DNA of 64,000 bases from Utricularia gibba (lineage: Eukaryota; Plantae; Magnoliophyta), in NCBI GenBank assembly GCA_002189035.1, contig NEEC01000032.1:1-64000 (forward strand), given 5' to 3'. Each line of letters opens with the position of its first letter. The stretch's first letter is position 1. The position numbers and the translations under genes were made by a program. Shown here piece after piece: positions 36,254-51,100 of this stretch. The notes under the pieces were generated by a model, which worked only from the letters and a program-made list of their open reading frames with translations, searched no databases and had not been told where the DNA came from.

Positions 36254-39200
36254 TGCATCCTAAAAATCACACGTGCACCGGATTCATTAAAAATAAATAT
36301 TTACACATATCCAGAGTGTATAACAGTGTTGGGATAAGTGATGCCACGAAATTCATGATGTAGCATGTGACTTTTTCCAACTTGATCGCATAGTAGATGA
36401 AGTCTGACACCATATGTTTTGGCTGTTGATTGATGCATTTAGTTGCTAGGATACTTCTGATTCTTGATGCACCATTCCCGTATACCATGTCTCTAGGGCT
36501 ATTTGATTCTTTTCCTTGTATGTTGTTTCCATCAATTTCGAGAACAAGAAGCACATTATTAAATGCAGTCACCACGGAATGCCACGTGAGACACTTTTCG
36601 TTGTGGCCCTTTTTTAATATGTCCACAGTTATCGGACAAACGTAACTCCAAATTATAATACTTGGAGCTCGAATAGGGCTTCCCAACAGTGTGCTATGAA
36701 GAGCAAGGATCTGCATGTTATGCGAGAGGTGCTTCGCGGACCAGGATGTGCGGCATAGTCGCTTCATTGCGCATCATCATTCGGGGTGCAGCCTAAAAAT
36801 CACACGTGCACCGGATTCATTAAAAATAAATATTTACGCATATCCAGATTATATAACAGTGTTGGGATAAGTGATGCCACGAAATTCATTATGTAGCATG
36901 TGACTTTTTTCCAACTTGATCGCATAGTAGATGAAGTCTGACACCATATGTTTTGGCTTTTGATTGATGCATTTAGTTGCTATGATACTTCTGATTCTTG
37001 ATGCACCATTCCCGTATACCATGTCTCTAGGGGCTATTTGATTCTTTTGCCTTGTATGTTGTTCGCATCAATTTCGAGAACATGAAGCACATTATTAAAA
37101 GCAGTCACCACGGAATGCCACGTGAGACACTTTTCGTTGTGGCTTGTTTTTAATATGTCCAGAGTTATCGGACAAACGTAACTCCAAATTATAATACTTG
37201 GAGCTCGAATAGGGCTTCCCAACAGTGTGCTATGAAGAGCAAGGATCTGCATGTTATGCGAGAGGTGCTTCGCGGACCAGGATGTGCGGCATAGTCGCTT
37301 CATTGCGCATCATCATTCGGGGTGCAGCCTAAAAATCACACGTGCACCGGATTCATTAAAAATAAATATTTACGCATATCCAGATTATATAACAGTGTTG
37401 GGATAAGTGATGCCACGAAATTCATTATGTAGCATGTGACTTTTTTCCAACTTGATCGCATAGTAGATGAAGTCTGACACCATATGTTTTGGCTTTTGAT
37501 TGATGCATTTAGTTGCTATGATACTTCTGATTCTTGATGCACCATTCCCGTATACCATGTCTCTAGGGGCTATTTGATTCTTTTGCCTTGTATGTTGTTC
37601 GCATCAATTTCGAGAACATGAAGCACATTATTAAAGCAGTCACCACGGAATGCCACGTGAGACACTTTTCGTTGTGGCTTGTTTTTAATATGTCCACAGT
37701 TATCGGACAAACGTAACTCCAAATTATATACTTGGAGCTCGAATAGGGCTTCCCAACAGTGTGCTATGAAGAGCAAGGATCTGCATGTTATGCGAGCGGT
37801 GCTTCGCAGACCAGGATGTGCGACATAGTCATCTCATTGCGCATCATCATTCGGGGTGCAGCCTAAAAATAACACGTGCACCGGATTCATTAAAAATAAA
37901 TATTTACGCATATCCAGATTATATAACAGTGTTGGGATAAGTGATGCCACGAAATTCATGATGTAGCATGTGACTTTTTTCCAACTTGATCGCATAGTAG
38001 ATGAAGTCTGACACCATATGTTTTGGCTGTTGATTGATGCATTTAGTTGCTATGATACTTCTGATTCTTGATGCACCATTCCCGTATACCATGTCTCTAG
38101 TGGCTATTTGAGTCTTTTGACTTCTATGTTGTTCGCATCAATTCGAGAACATGAAGCACATTATTAAAAGCAGTCACCACGGAATGCCACGTGAGACACT
38201 TTTCGTTGTGGCTTGTTTTTAATATGTCCAGAGTTATCGGACAAGCGTAACTCCAAATTATAATACTTGGAGCTCGAATAGGGCTTCCCAACAGTGTGCT
38301 ATGAAGAGCAAGGATCTGCATGTTATGCGAGAGGTGTTTCGCGGATTAGGATGTGCGACGTAGTCATTTCATTGCGCATCATCATTCGGGGTGCAGCCTA
38401 AAAATCACACGTGCACGGGATTCATTAAATAAATATTTAAGCATATCCAGATTATATAACAGTGTTGGGATAAGTGATGCCACGAAATTCATGATGTAGC
38501 ATGTGACTTTTTTCCAACTTGATCGCATAGTAGATGAAGTCTGACACCATATGTTTTGGCTGTTGATTGATGCATTTAGTTGCTATGATACTTCTGATTC
38601 TTGATGCACCATTCCCGTATACCATGTCTCTAGGGGCTATTTGATTCTTTTGCCTTGTATGTTGTTCGCATCAATTTCGAGAACATGAAGCACATTATTA
38701 AAAGCAGTCACCACGGAATGCCACGTGAGACACTTTTCGTTGTGGCTTTTTTAATATGTCCAGAGTTATCGGACAAACGTAACTCCAAATTATAATACTT
38801 GGAGCTCGAATAGGGCTTCCCAACAGTGTGCTATGAAGAGCAAGGATCTGCATGTTATGCGAGAGGTGCTTCGCGGATTAGGATGTGCGACATAGTCATC
38901 TCATTGCGCATCATCATTCGGGGTGCAGCCTAAAAATCACACGTGCACCGGATTCATTAAAAATAAATATTACGCATATCCAGATTATATAACAGTGTTG
39001 GGATAAGTGATGCCACGAAATTCATGATGTAGCATGTGACTTTTTTCCAACTTGATCGCATAGTAGATGAAGTCTGACACCATATGTTTTGGCTGTTGAT
39101 TGATGCATTTAGTTGCTATGATACTTCTGATTCTTGATGCACCATTCCCGTATACCATGTCTCTAGGGCTATTTGATTCTTTTGCCTTGTATGTTGTTCG

Positions 39201-42128
39201 CATCAATTTCGAGAACATGAAGCACATTATTAAAAGCAGTCACCACGGAATGCCACGTGAGACACTTTTCGTTGTGGCTTGTTTTTAATATGTCCACAGT
39301 TATCGGACAAACGTAACTCCAAATTATAATACTTGGAGCTCGAATAGGGCTTCCCAACAGTGTGCTATGAAGAGCAAGGATCTGCATGTTATGCGAGCGG
39401 TGCTTCGCAGACCAGGATGTGCGACATAGTCATCTCATTGCGCATCATCATTCGGGGTGCAGCCTAAAAATCACACGTGCACCGGATTCATTAAAAATAA
39501 ATATTTACGCATATCCAGATTATATAACAGTGTTGGGATAAGTGATGCCACGAAATTCATGATGTAGCATGTGACTTTTTTCCAACTTGATCGCATAGTA
39601 GATGAAGTCTGACACCATATGTTTTGGCTTTGATTGATGCATTTAGTTGCTATGATACTTCTGATTCTTGATGCACCATTCCCGTATACCATGTCTCTAG
39701 TGGCTATTTGAGTCTTTTGACTTCTATGTTGTTCGCATCAATTTCGAGAACATGAAGCACATTATTAAAAGCAGTCACCACGGAATGCCACGTGAGACAC
39801 TTTTTCGTTGTGGCTTGTTTTTAATATGTCCAGAGTTATCGGACAACGTAACTCCAAATTATAATACTTGGAGCTCGAATAGGGCTTCCCAACAGTGTGC
39901 TATGAAGAGCAAGGATCTGCATGTTATGCGAGAGGTGTTTCGCGGATTAGGATGTGCGACGTAGTCATTTCATTGCGCATCATCATTCGGGGTGCAGCCT
40001 AAAAATCACACGTGCACCGGATTCATTAAAAATAAATATTTACGCATATCCAGATTATATAACAGTGTTGGGATAAGTGATGCCACGAAATTCATGATGT
40101 AGCATGTGACTTTTTTCCAACTTGATCGCATAGTAGATGAAGTCTGACACCATATGTTTTGGCTGTTGATTGATGCATTTAGTTGCTAGGATACTTCTGA
40201 TTCTTGATGCACCATTCCCGTATACCATGTCTCTAGTGGCTATTTGATTCTTTTGACTTGTATGTTGTTTCCATCAATTTCGAGAACAAGAAGCACATTA
40301 TTAAATGCAGTCACCACGGAATGCCACGTGAGACACTTTTTCGTTGTGGCCCTTTTTTAATATGTCCACAGTTATCGGACAAACGTAACTCCAAATTATA
40401 ATACTTGGAGCTCGAATAGGGCTTCCCAACAGTGTGCTATGAAGAGCAAGGATCTGCATGTTATGCGAGCGGTGCTTCGCGGATCAGGATGTGCGACATA
40501 GTCATCTCATTGCGCATCATCATTCGGGGTGCAGCCTAAAAATCACACGTGCACGGGATTCATTAAAAATAAATATTTAAGCATATCCAGATTATATAAC
40601 AGTGTTGGGATAAGTGATGCCACGAAATTCATGATGTAGCATGTGACTTTTTTCCAACTTGATCGCATAGTAGATGAAGTCTGACACCATATGTTTTGGC
40701 TGTTGATTGATGCATTTAGTTGCTATGATACTTCTGATTCTTGATGCACCATTCCCGTATACCATGTCTCTAGTGGCTATTTGATTCTTTTGCCTTGTAT
40801 GTTGTTCGCATCAATTTCGAGAACATGAAGCACATTATTAAAAGCAGTCACCACGGAATGCCACGTGAGACACTTTTCGTTGTGGCTTGTTTTTAATATG
40901 TCCAGAGTTATCGGACAAACGTAACTCCAAATTATAATACTTGGAGCTCGAATAGGGCTTCCCAACAGTGTGCTATGAAGAGCAAGGATCTGCATGTTAT
41001 GCGAGAGGTGCTTCGCGGATTAGGATGTGCGACATAGTCATCTCATTGCGCATCATCATTCGGGGTGCAGCCTAAAAATCACACGTGCACCGGATTCATT
41101 AAAAATAAATATTACGCATATCCAGATTATATAACAGTGTTGGGATAAGTGATGCCACGAAATTCATGATGTAGCATGTGACTTTTTCCAACTTGATCGC
41201 ATAGTAGATGAAGTCTGACACCATATGTTTTGGCTGTTGATTGATGCATTTAGTTGCTATGATACTTCTGATTCTTGATGCACCATTCCCGTATACCATG
41301 TCTCTAGTGGCTATTTGATTCTTTTGCCTTGTATGTTGTTCGCATCAATTTCGAGAACATGAAGCACATTATTAAAAGCAGTCACCACGGAATGCCACGT
41401 GAGACACTTTTCGTTGTGGCTTGTTTTTAATATGTCCACAGTTATCGGACAAACGTAACTCCAAATTATAATACTTGGAGCTCGAATAGGGCTTCCCACA
41501 GTGTGCTATGAAGAGCAAGGATCTGCATGTTATGCGAGCGGTGCTTCGCAGACCAGGATGTGCGACATAGTCATCTCATTGCGCATCATCATTCGGGGTG
41601 CAGCCTAAAAATAACACGTGCACCAGATTCATTAAAAATAAATATTTACGCATATCCAGATTATATAACAGTGTTGGGATAAGTGATGCCACGAAATTCA
41701 TGATGTAGCATGTGACTTTTTTCCAACTTGATCGCATAGTAGATGAAGTCTGACACCATATGTTTTGGCTGTTGATTGATGCATTTAGTTGCTATGATAC
41801 TTCTGATTCTTGATGCACCATTCCCGTATACCATGTCTCTAGTGGCTATTTGAGTCTTTTGACTTCTATGTTGTTCGCATCAATTTCGAGAACATGAAGC
41901 ACATTATTAAAGCAGTCACCACGGAATGCCACGTGAGACACTTTTCGTTGTGGCTTGTTTTTAATATGTCCAGAGTTATCGGACAAGCGTAACTCCAAAT
42001 TATAATACTTGGAGCTCGAATAGGGCTTCCCAACAGTGTGCTATGAAGAGCAAGGATCTGCATGTTATGCGAGAGGTGTTTCGCGGATTAGGATGTGCGA
42101 GTCATTTCATTGCGCATCATCATTCGGG
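36254..42128. repeat. Island-proximal SatB subfamily with higher-order repeat patterning (monomers 4-14)
   Basis: Variants gtgcagcc, ccagattatata, gaagtctgac (no EcoRI site), ggctgttgatt, aaaagcagtc and cgaatagggc. Diagnostic monomer types recur at 3-, 4- and 7-monomer spacing. Confidence 0.8.
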
Positions 42129-45100
42129 GTGCAAAAATCACACGTGCACCGGATTCATTAAAAATAAATATTTACGCATATCCAGCAGTGTTGGGATAAG
42201 TGATGCCACGAAATTCATTATGTAGCATGTGACTTTTTTCCAACTTGATCGCATAGTAGATGAATCTGACACCATATGTTTTGGCTTTTGATTGATGCAT
42301 TTAGTTGCTATGATACTTCTGATTCTTGATGTATTCCCGTATACCATGTCTCTAGTGGCTATTTGATTCTTTTGTTGTATGTATCAATTTCGAGAATCAT
42401 TATTAAATGCAGTCACCACGGAATGCCACGTGAGACACTTTTCGTTGTGGCTTTTTTAATATGTCCACAGTTATGGACAAACGTAACTCCAAATTATAAT
42501 ACTTGGAGCTCGAAAGGGCTTCCCAACAGTGTGCTATGAAGAGCAAGGATCTGCATGTTATGCAGAGGTGCTTCGCGGAGGATGTGCTAGTCATTCATTG
42601 CGCATCATCATTCGGGTGCATAAAAATCACACGTGCACGGGATTCATTAAAAATAAATATTACGCATATCCAGACAGTGTTGGGATAAGTGATGCCACGA
42701 AATTCATGATGTAGCATGTGACTTTTTTCCAACTTGATCGCATAGTAGGTCTGACACCATATGTTTTGGCTGTTGATTGATGCATTTAGTTGCTATGATA
42801 CTTCTGATTCTTGATGCACCATTCCGTATACCATGTCTCTAGTGGCTATTTGATTCTTTTGCTTGTATGTTGTTTCATCAATTTCGAGAACATGAAGCAC
42901 ATTATTAAATGCAGTCACCACGGAATGCCACGTGAGACACTTTTCGTTGTGGCTTGTTTTTTAATATGTTTATCGGACAAACGTAACTCCAAATTATAAT
43001 ACTTGGAGCTCGAAGGGCTTCCCAGTGTGCTATGAAGAGCAAGGATCTGCATGTTATGCAAGAGGTGCTTCGCGGAGGATGTGCGACGTAGTCATTTCAT
43101 TGCGCATCATCATTCGGGGTGCATCCTAAAAATCACACGTGCACGGATTCATTAAAAATAAATATTACGCATATCCAGATTATATAACAGTGTTGGGATA
43201 AGTGATGCCACGAAATTCATGATGTAGCATGTGACTTTTTTCCAACTTGATCGCATAGTAGATGAAGTCTGACACCATATGTTTTGGCTTTTGATTGATG
43301 CATTTAGTTGCTATGATACTTCTGATTCTTGATGCACCATTCCCGTATACCATGTCTCTAGTGGCTATTTGATTCTTTTGCCTTGTATGTTGTTCGCATC
43401 AATTTCGAGAACATGAAGCACATTATTAAAGCAGTCACCACGGAATGCCACGTGAGACACTTTTCGTTGTGGCTTTTAATATGTCACAGTTATCGGACAA
43501 CGTAACTCCAAATTATAATACTTGGAGCTCGAAAGGGCTTCCCAACAGTGTGCTATGAAGAGCAAGGATCTGCATGTTATGCAAGAGGTGCTTCGCGGAC
43601 AGGATGTGCGACGTAGTCATTTCATTGCGCATCATCATTCGGGGTGCATCCTAAAAATCACACGTGCACGGGATTCATTAAAAATAAATATTTACGCATA
43701 TCCAGATTATATAACAGTGTTGGGATAAGTGATGCCACGAAATTCATGATGTAGCATGTGACTTTTTTCCAACTTGATCGCATAGTAGATGAAGTCTGAC
43801 ACATATGTTTTGGCTGTTGATTGATGCATTTAGTTGCTATGATACTTCTGATTCTTGATGCACCATTCCCGTATACCATGTCTCTAGTGGCTATTTGATT
43901 TTTTTGCTTGTATGTTGTTCGCATCAATTTCGAGAACATGAAGCACATTATTAAATGCAGTCACCACGGAATGCCACGTGAGACACTTTTCGTTGTGGCT
44001 TGTTTTTAATATGTCCACAGTTATCGGACAAACGTAACTCCAAATTATAATACTTGGAGCTCGAAAGGGCTTCCCAACAGTGTGCTATGAAGAGCAAGGA
44101 TCTGCATGTTATGCAGAGGTGCTTCGCGGACCAGGATGTGCGACATAGTCATTTCATTGCGCATCATCATTCGGGGTTAAAAATCACACGTGCACGGGAT
44201 TCATTAAAAATAATATTTACGCATATCCAGATTATATAACAGTGTTGGGATAAGTGATGCCACGAAATTCATGATGTAGCATGTGACTTTTTTCCAACTT
44301 GATCGCATAGTAGATGAAGTCTGACACCATATGTTTTGGCTTTTGATTGATGCATTTAGTTGCTATGATACTTCTGATTCTTGATGCACCATTCCGTATA
44401 CCATGTCTCTAGTGGCTATTTGATTCTTTTGCTTGTATGTTGTTCGCATCAATTTCGAGAACATGAAGCACATTATTAAATGCAGTCACCACGGAATGCC
44501 ACGTGAGACACTTTTCGTTGTGGCTTTTTAATATGTCCACAGTTATCGGACAAACGTAACTCAAAATTATAATACTTGGAGCTCGAAAGGGCTTCCCAAC
44601 AGTGTGCTATGAAGAGCAAGGATCTGCATGTTATGCAGAGGTGCTTCGCGGACCAGGATGTGCGTAGTCATTCATTGCGCATCATCATTCGGGGTGCATC
44701 CTAAAAATCACACGTGCACGGATTCATTAAAAATAAATATTTACGCATATCCAGATTATATAACAGTGTTGGGATAAGTGATGCCACGAAATTCATGATG
44801 TAGCATGTGACTTTTTTCCAACTTGATCGCATAGTAGATGAAGTCTGACCCATATGTTTTGGCTTTGATTGATGCATTTAGTTGCTATGATACTTCTGAT
44901 TCTTGATGCACCATTCCCGTATACCATGTCTCTAGTGGCTATTTGATTCTTTTGCTTGTATGTTGTTCGCATCAATTTCGAGAACATGAAGCACATTATT
45001 AAATGCAGTCACCACGGAATGCCACGTGAGACACTTTTCGTTGTGGCTTTTTTTAATATGTCCACAGTTATCGGACAAACGTAACTCCAAATTATAATAC

Positions 45101-48100
45101 TTGGAGCTCGAATAGGGCTTCCAACAGTGTGCTATGAAGAGCAAGGATCTGCATGTTATGCAGAGGTGCTTCGTGTGCGACATAGTCATTTCATTGCGCA
45201 TCATCATTCGGGGTTTAAAAATCACACGTGCACGGATTCATTAAAAATAAATATTTACGCATATCCAGATTTATAACAGTGTTGGGATAAGTGATGCCAC
45301 GAAATTCATGATGTAGCATGTGACTTTTTTCCAACTTGATCGCATAGTAGCTGACACCATATGTTTTGGCTTTTGATTGATGCATTTAGTTGCTATGATA
45401 CTTCTGATTCTTGATGCACCATTCCCGTATACCATGTCTCTATATTTGATTCTTTTGCTTGTATGTTGTTCGCATCAATTTCGAGAACATGAAGCACATT
45501 ATTAAATGCAGTCACCACGGAATGCCACGTGAGACACTTTTCGTTGTGGCTTTTTTAATATGTCCACAGTTAAAACGTAACTCCAAATTATAATACTTGG
45601 AGCTCGAAAGGGCTTCCCATGTGCTATGAAGAGCAAGGATCTCAGAGGTGCTTCGCGGACCAGGATGTGCGTAGTCTTCATTGCGCATCATCATTCGGGT
45701 GCAAAAATCACACGTGCACCGGATTCATTAAAATAAATATTTACGCATATCCAGACAGTGTTGGGATAAGTGATGCCACGAAATTCATGATGTAGCATGT
45801 GACTTTTTTCCAACTTGATCGCATAGTAGATGAAGTCTGACACATATGTTTGGCTTTGATTGATGCATTTAGTTGCTATGATACTTCTGATTCTTGATGC
45901 ACCATTCCCGTATACCATGTCTCTAGTGGCTATTTGATTCTTTTGCTTGTATGTTGTTTCATCAATTTCGAGAACATGAAGCACATTATTAAATGCAGTC
46001 ACCACGGAATGCCACGTGAGACACTTTTCGTTGTGGCTTTTTAATATGTCCACAGTTATCGGACAAACGTAACTCCAAATTATAATACTTGAGCTCGAAT
46101 AGGGCTTCCCAACAGTGTGCTATGAAGAGCAAGGATCTGCATGTTATGCAGAGGTGCTTCGCGGACCAGGATGTGCGACATAGTCATTTCATTGCGCATC
46201 ATCATTCGGGGTGCTTAAAAATCACACGTGCACCGGATTCATTAAAAATAAATATTTACGCATATCCAGATTATATAACAGTGTTGGGATAAGTGATGCC
46301 ACGAAATTCATGATGTAGCATGTGACTTTTTTCCAACTTGATCGCATAGTAGATGAAGTCTGACACCATATGTTTTGGCTTTTGATTGATGCATTTAGTT
46401 GCTATGATACTTCTGATTCTTGATGCACCATTCCCGTATACCATGTCTCTAGTGGCTATTTGATTCTTTTGCTTGTATGTTGTTCTCAATTTCGAGAACA
46501 TGAAGCACATTATTAAATGCAGTCACCACGGAATGCCACGTGAGACACTTTTCGTTGTGGCTTTTTTAATATGTCCACAGTTATCGGACAAACGTAACTC
46601 CAAATTATAATACTTGGAGCTCGAATAGGGCTTCCCAACAGTGTGCTATGAAGAGCAAGGATCTGCATGTTATGCAGAGGTGCTTCGCGGACCAGGATGT
46701 GCGACATAGTCATTCATTGCGCATCATCATTCGGGGTGCAGCTAAAAATCACACGTGCACGGATTCATTAAAAATAAATATTTACGCATATCCAGATTAT
46801 ATAACAGTGTTGGGATAAGTGATGCCACGAAATTCATGATGTAGCATGTGACTTTTTTCCAACTTGATCGCATAGTAGATGAAGTCTGACACCATATGTT
46901 TTGGCTGTTGATTGATGCATTTAGTTGCTATGATACTTCTGATTCTTGATGCACCATTCCCGTATACCATGTCTCTAGTGGCTATTTGATTCTTTTGCTT
47001 GTATGTTGTTCGCATCAATTTCGAGAACATGAAGCACATTATTAAATGCAGTCACCACGGAATGCCACGTGAGACACTTTTCGTTGTGGCTTGTTTTTAA
47101 TATGTCCACAGTTATCGGACAAACGTAACTCCAAATTATAATACTTGGAGCTCGAAAGGGCTTCCAACAGGTGCTATGAAGAGCAAGGATCTGCATGTTA
47201 TGCAGAGGTGCTTCGCGGACCAGGATGTGCGACATAGTCATTTCATTGCGCATCATCATTCGGGGTGCAGCTTAAAAATCACACGTGCACCGGATTCATT
47301 AAAAATAAATATTTACGCATATCCAGATTATATAACAGTGTTGGGATAAGTGATGCCACGAAATTCATGATGTAGCATGTGACTTTTTCCAACTTGATCG
47401 CATAGTAGATGAAGTCTGACACCATATGTTTTGGCTTTTGATTGATGCATTTAGTTGCTATGATACTTCTGATTCTTGATGCACCATTCCCGTTACCATG
47501 TCTCTAGTGGCTATTTGATTCTTTTGCTTGTATGTTGTTCGCATCAATTTCGAGAACATGAAGCACATTATTAAATGCAGTCACCACGGAATGCCACGTG
47601 AGACACTTTTCGTTGTGGCTTTTTTAATATGTCCACAGTTATCGGACAAACGTAACTCCAAATTATAATACTTGGAGCTCGAAAGGGCTTCCCAACAGTG
47701 TGCTATGAAGAGCAAGGATCTGCATGTTATGCAAGAGGTGCTTCGCGGACCAGGATGTGCGACATAGTCATTTCATTGCGCATCATCATTCGGGGTGCAT
47801 CCTAAAATCACACGTGCACGGATTCATTAAAAATAAATATTTACGCATATCCAGATTATATAACAGTGTTGGGATAAGTGATGCCACGAAATTCATGATG
47901 TAGCATGTGACTTTTTTCCAACTTGATCGCATAGTAGATGAATCTGACACCATATGTTTTGGCTTTGATTGATGCATTTAGTTGCTATGATACTTCTGAT
48001 TCTTGATGCACCATTCCCGTATACCATGTCTCTAGTGGCTATTTGATTCTTTTGCTTGTATGTTGTTCGCATCAATTTCGAGAACATGAAGCACATTATT

Positions 48101-51100
48101 AAATGCAGTCACCACGGAATGCCACGTGAGACACTTTTCGTTGTGGCTTTTTTAATATGTCCACAGTTATCGGACAAACGTAACTCCAAATTATAATACT
48201 TGGAGCTCGAAAGGGCTTCCCAACAGTGTGCTATGAAGAGCAAGGATCTGCATGTTATGCAGAGGTGCTTCGCGGACCAGGATGTGCGACGTAGTCATTC
48301 ATTGCGCATCATCATTCGGGGTGCATCCTAAAAATCACACGTGCACGGATTCATTAAAATAAATATTTACGCATATCCAGATTATATAACAGTGTTGGGA
48401 TAAGTGATGCCACGAAATTCATGATGTAGCATGTGACTTTTTTCCAACTTGATCGCATAGTAGATGAATTCTGACACCATATGTTTTGGCTTTTGATTGA
48501 TGCATTTAGTTGCTATGATACTTCTGATTCTTGATGCACCATTCCCGTATACCATGTCTCTAGTGGCTATTTGATTCTTTTGCCTTGTATGTTGTTCGCA
48601 TCAATTTCGAGAACATGAAGCACATTATTAAATGCAGTCACCACGGAATGCCACGTGAGACACTTTTCGTTGTGGCTTTTTTAATATGTCCACAGTTATC
48701 GGACAAACGTAACTCCAAATTATAATACTTGGAGCTCGAAAAGGGCTTCCCAACAGTGTGCTATGAAGAGCAAGGATCTGCATGTTATGCAAGAGGTGCT
48801 TCGCGGAGGATGTGCGACGTAGTCATTTCATTGCGCATCATCATTCGGGGTGCATAAAAATCACACGTGCACGGATTCATTAAAAATAAATATTTACGCA
48901 TATCCAGATTATATAACAGTGTTGGGATAAGTGATGCCACGAAATTCATGATGTAGCATGTGACTTTTTTCCAACTTGATCGCAAGTAGATGAAACACCA
49001 TATGTTTATTGATGCATTTAGTTGCTATGATACTTCTGATTCTTGATGCACCATTCCCGTATACCATGTCTCTAGTGGCTATTTGATTCTTTTGCCTTGT
49101 ATGTTGTTCGCATCAATTTCGAGAACATGAAGCACATTATTAAATGCAGTCACCACGGAATGCCACGTGACACTTTTCGTTGTGGCTTGTTTTTAATATG
49201 TCCACAGTTATCGGACAAACGTAACTCCAAATTATAATACTTGGAGCTCGAAAGGGCTTCCCAACAGTGTGCTATGAAGAGCAAGGATCTGCATGTTATG
49301 CAGAGGTGCTTCGCGGACCAGGATGTGCTAGTCATTTCATTGCGCATCATCATTCGGGGTGCATCCTAAAAATCACACGTGCACGGATTCATTAAAAATA
49401 AATATTTACGCATATCCAGATTATATACAGTGTTGGGATAAGTGATGCACGAAATTCATGATGTAGCATGTGACTTTTTTCCAACTTGATCGCATAGTAG
49501 ATGAATTCTGACACCATATGTTTTGGCTTTTGATTGATGCATTTAGTTGCTATGATACTTCTGATTCTTGATGCACCATTCCCGTATACCATGTCTCTAG
49601 TGGCTATTTGATTCTTTTGCCTTGTATGTTGTTCGCATCAATTTCGAGAACATGAAGCACATTATTAAATGCAGTCACCACGGAATGCCACGTGAGACAC
49701 TTTTCGTTGTGGCTTTTTTTAATATGTCCACAGTTATCGGACAAACGTAACTCCAAATTATAATACTTGGAGCTCGAAAGGGCTTCCCAACAGTGTGCTA
49801 TGAAGAGCAAGGATCTGCATGTTATGCAAGAGGTGCTTCGCGGACCAGGATGTGCGACGTAGTCATTTCATTGCGCATCATCATTCGGGGTGCATCCTAA
49901 AAATCACACGTGCACGGATTCATTAAAAATAAATATTTACGCATATCCAGATTATATAACAGTGTTGGGATAAGTGATGCCACGAAATTCATGATGTAGC
50001 ATGTGACTTTTTTCCAACTTGATCGCATAGTAGATGAATTCTGACACCATATGTTTTGGCTTTTGATTGATGCATTTAGTTGCTATGATACTTCTGATTC
50101 TTGATGCACCATTCCCGTATACCATGTCTCTAGTGGCTATTTGATTCTTTTGCCTTGTATGTTGTTCGCATCAATTTCGAGAACATGAAGCACATTATTA
50201 AATGCAGTCACCACGGAATGCCACGTGAGACACTTTTCGTTGTGGCTTGTTTTAATATGTCCACAGTTATCGGACAAACGTAACTCCAAATTATAATACT
50301 TGGAGCTCGAAAAGGGCTTCCCAACAGTGTGCTATGAAGAGCAAGGATCTGCATGTTATGCAAGAGGTGCTTCGCGGACCAGGATGTGCGACGTAGTCAT
50401 TTCATTGCGCATCATCATTCGGGGTGCATCCTAAAAATCACACGTGCACGGGATTCATTAAAAATAAATATTTACGCATATCCAGAGTGTATAACAGTGT
50501 TGGGATAAGTGATGCCACGAAATTCATGATGTAGCATGTGACTTTTTTCCAACTTGATCGCATAGTAGATGAATTCTGACACCATATGTTTTGGCTTTTG
50601 ATTGATGCATTTAGTTGCTATGATACTTCTGATTCTTGATGCACCATTCCCGTATACCATGTCTCTAGTGGCTATTTGATTCTTTTGCCTTGTATGTTGT
50701 TCGCATCAATTTCGAGAACATGAAGCACATTATTAAATGCAGTCACCACGGAATGCCACGTGAGACACTTTTCGTTGTGGCTTGTTTTTAATATGTCCAC
50801 AGTTATCGGACAAACGTAACTCCAAATTATAATACTTGGAGCTCGAAAAGGGCTTCCCAACAGTGTGCTATGAAGAGCAAGGATCTGCATGTTATGCAAG
50901 AGGTGCTTCGCGGACCAGGATGTGCGACGTAGTCATTTCATTGCGCATCATCATTCGGGGTGCATCCTAAAAATCACACGTGCACGGGATTCATTAAAAA
51001 TAAATATTTACGCATATCCAGAGTGTATAACAGTGTTGGGATAAGTGATGCCACGAAATTCATGATGTAGCATGTGACTTTTTTCCAACTTGATCGCATA

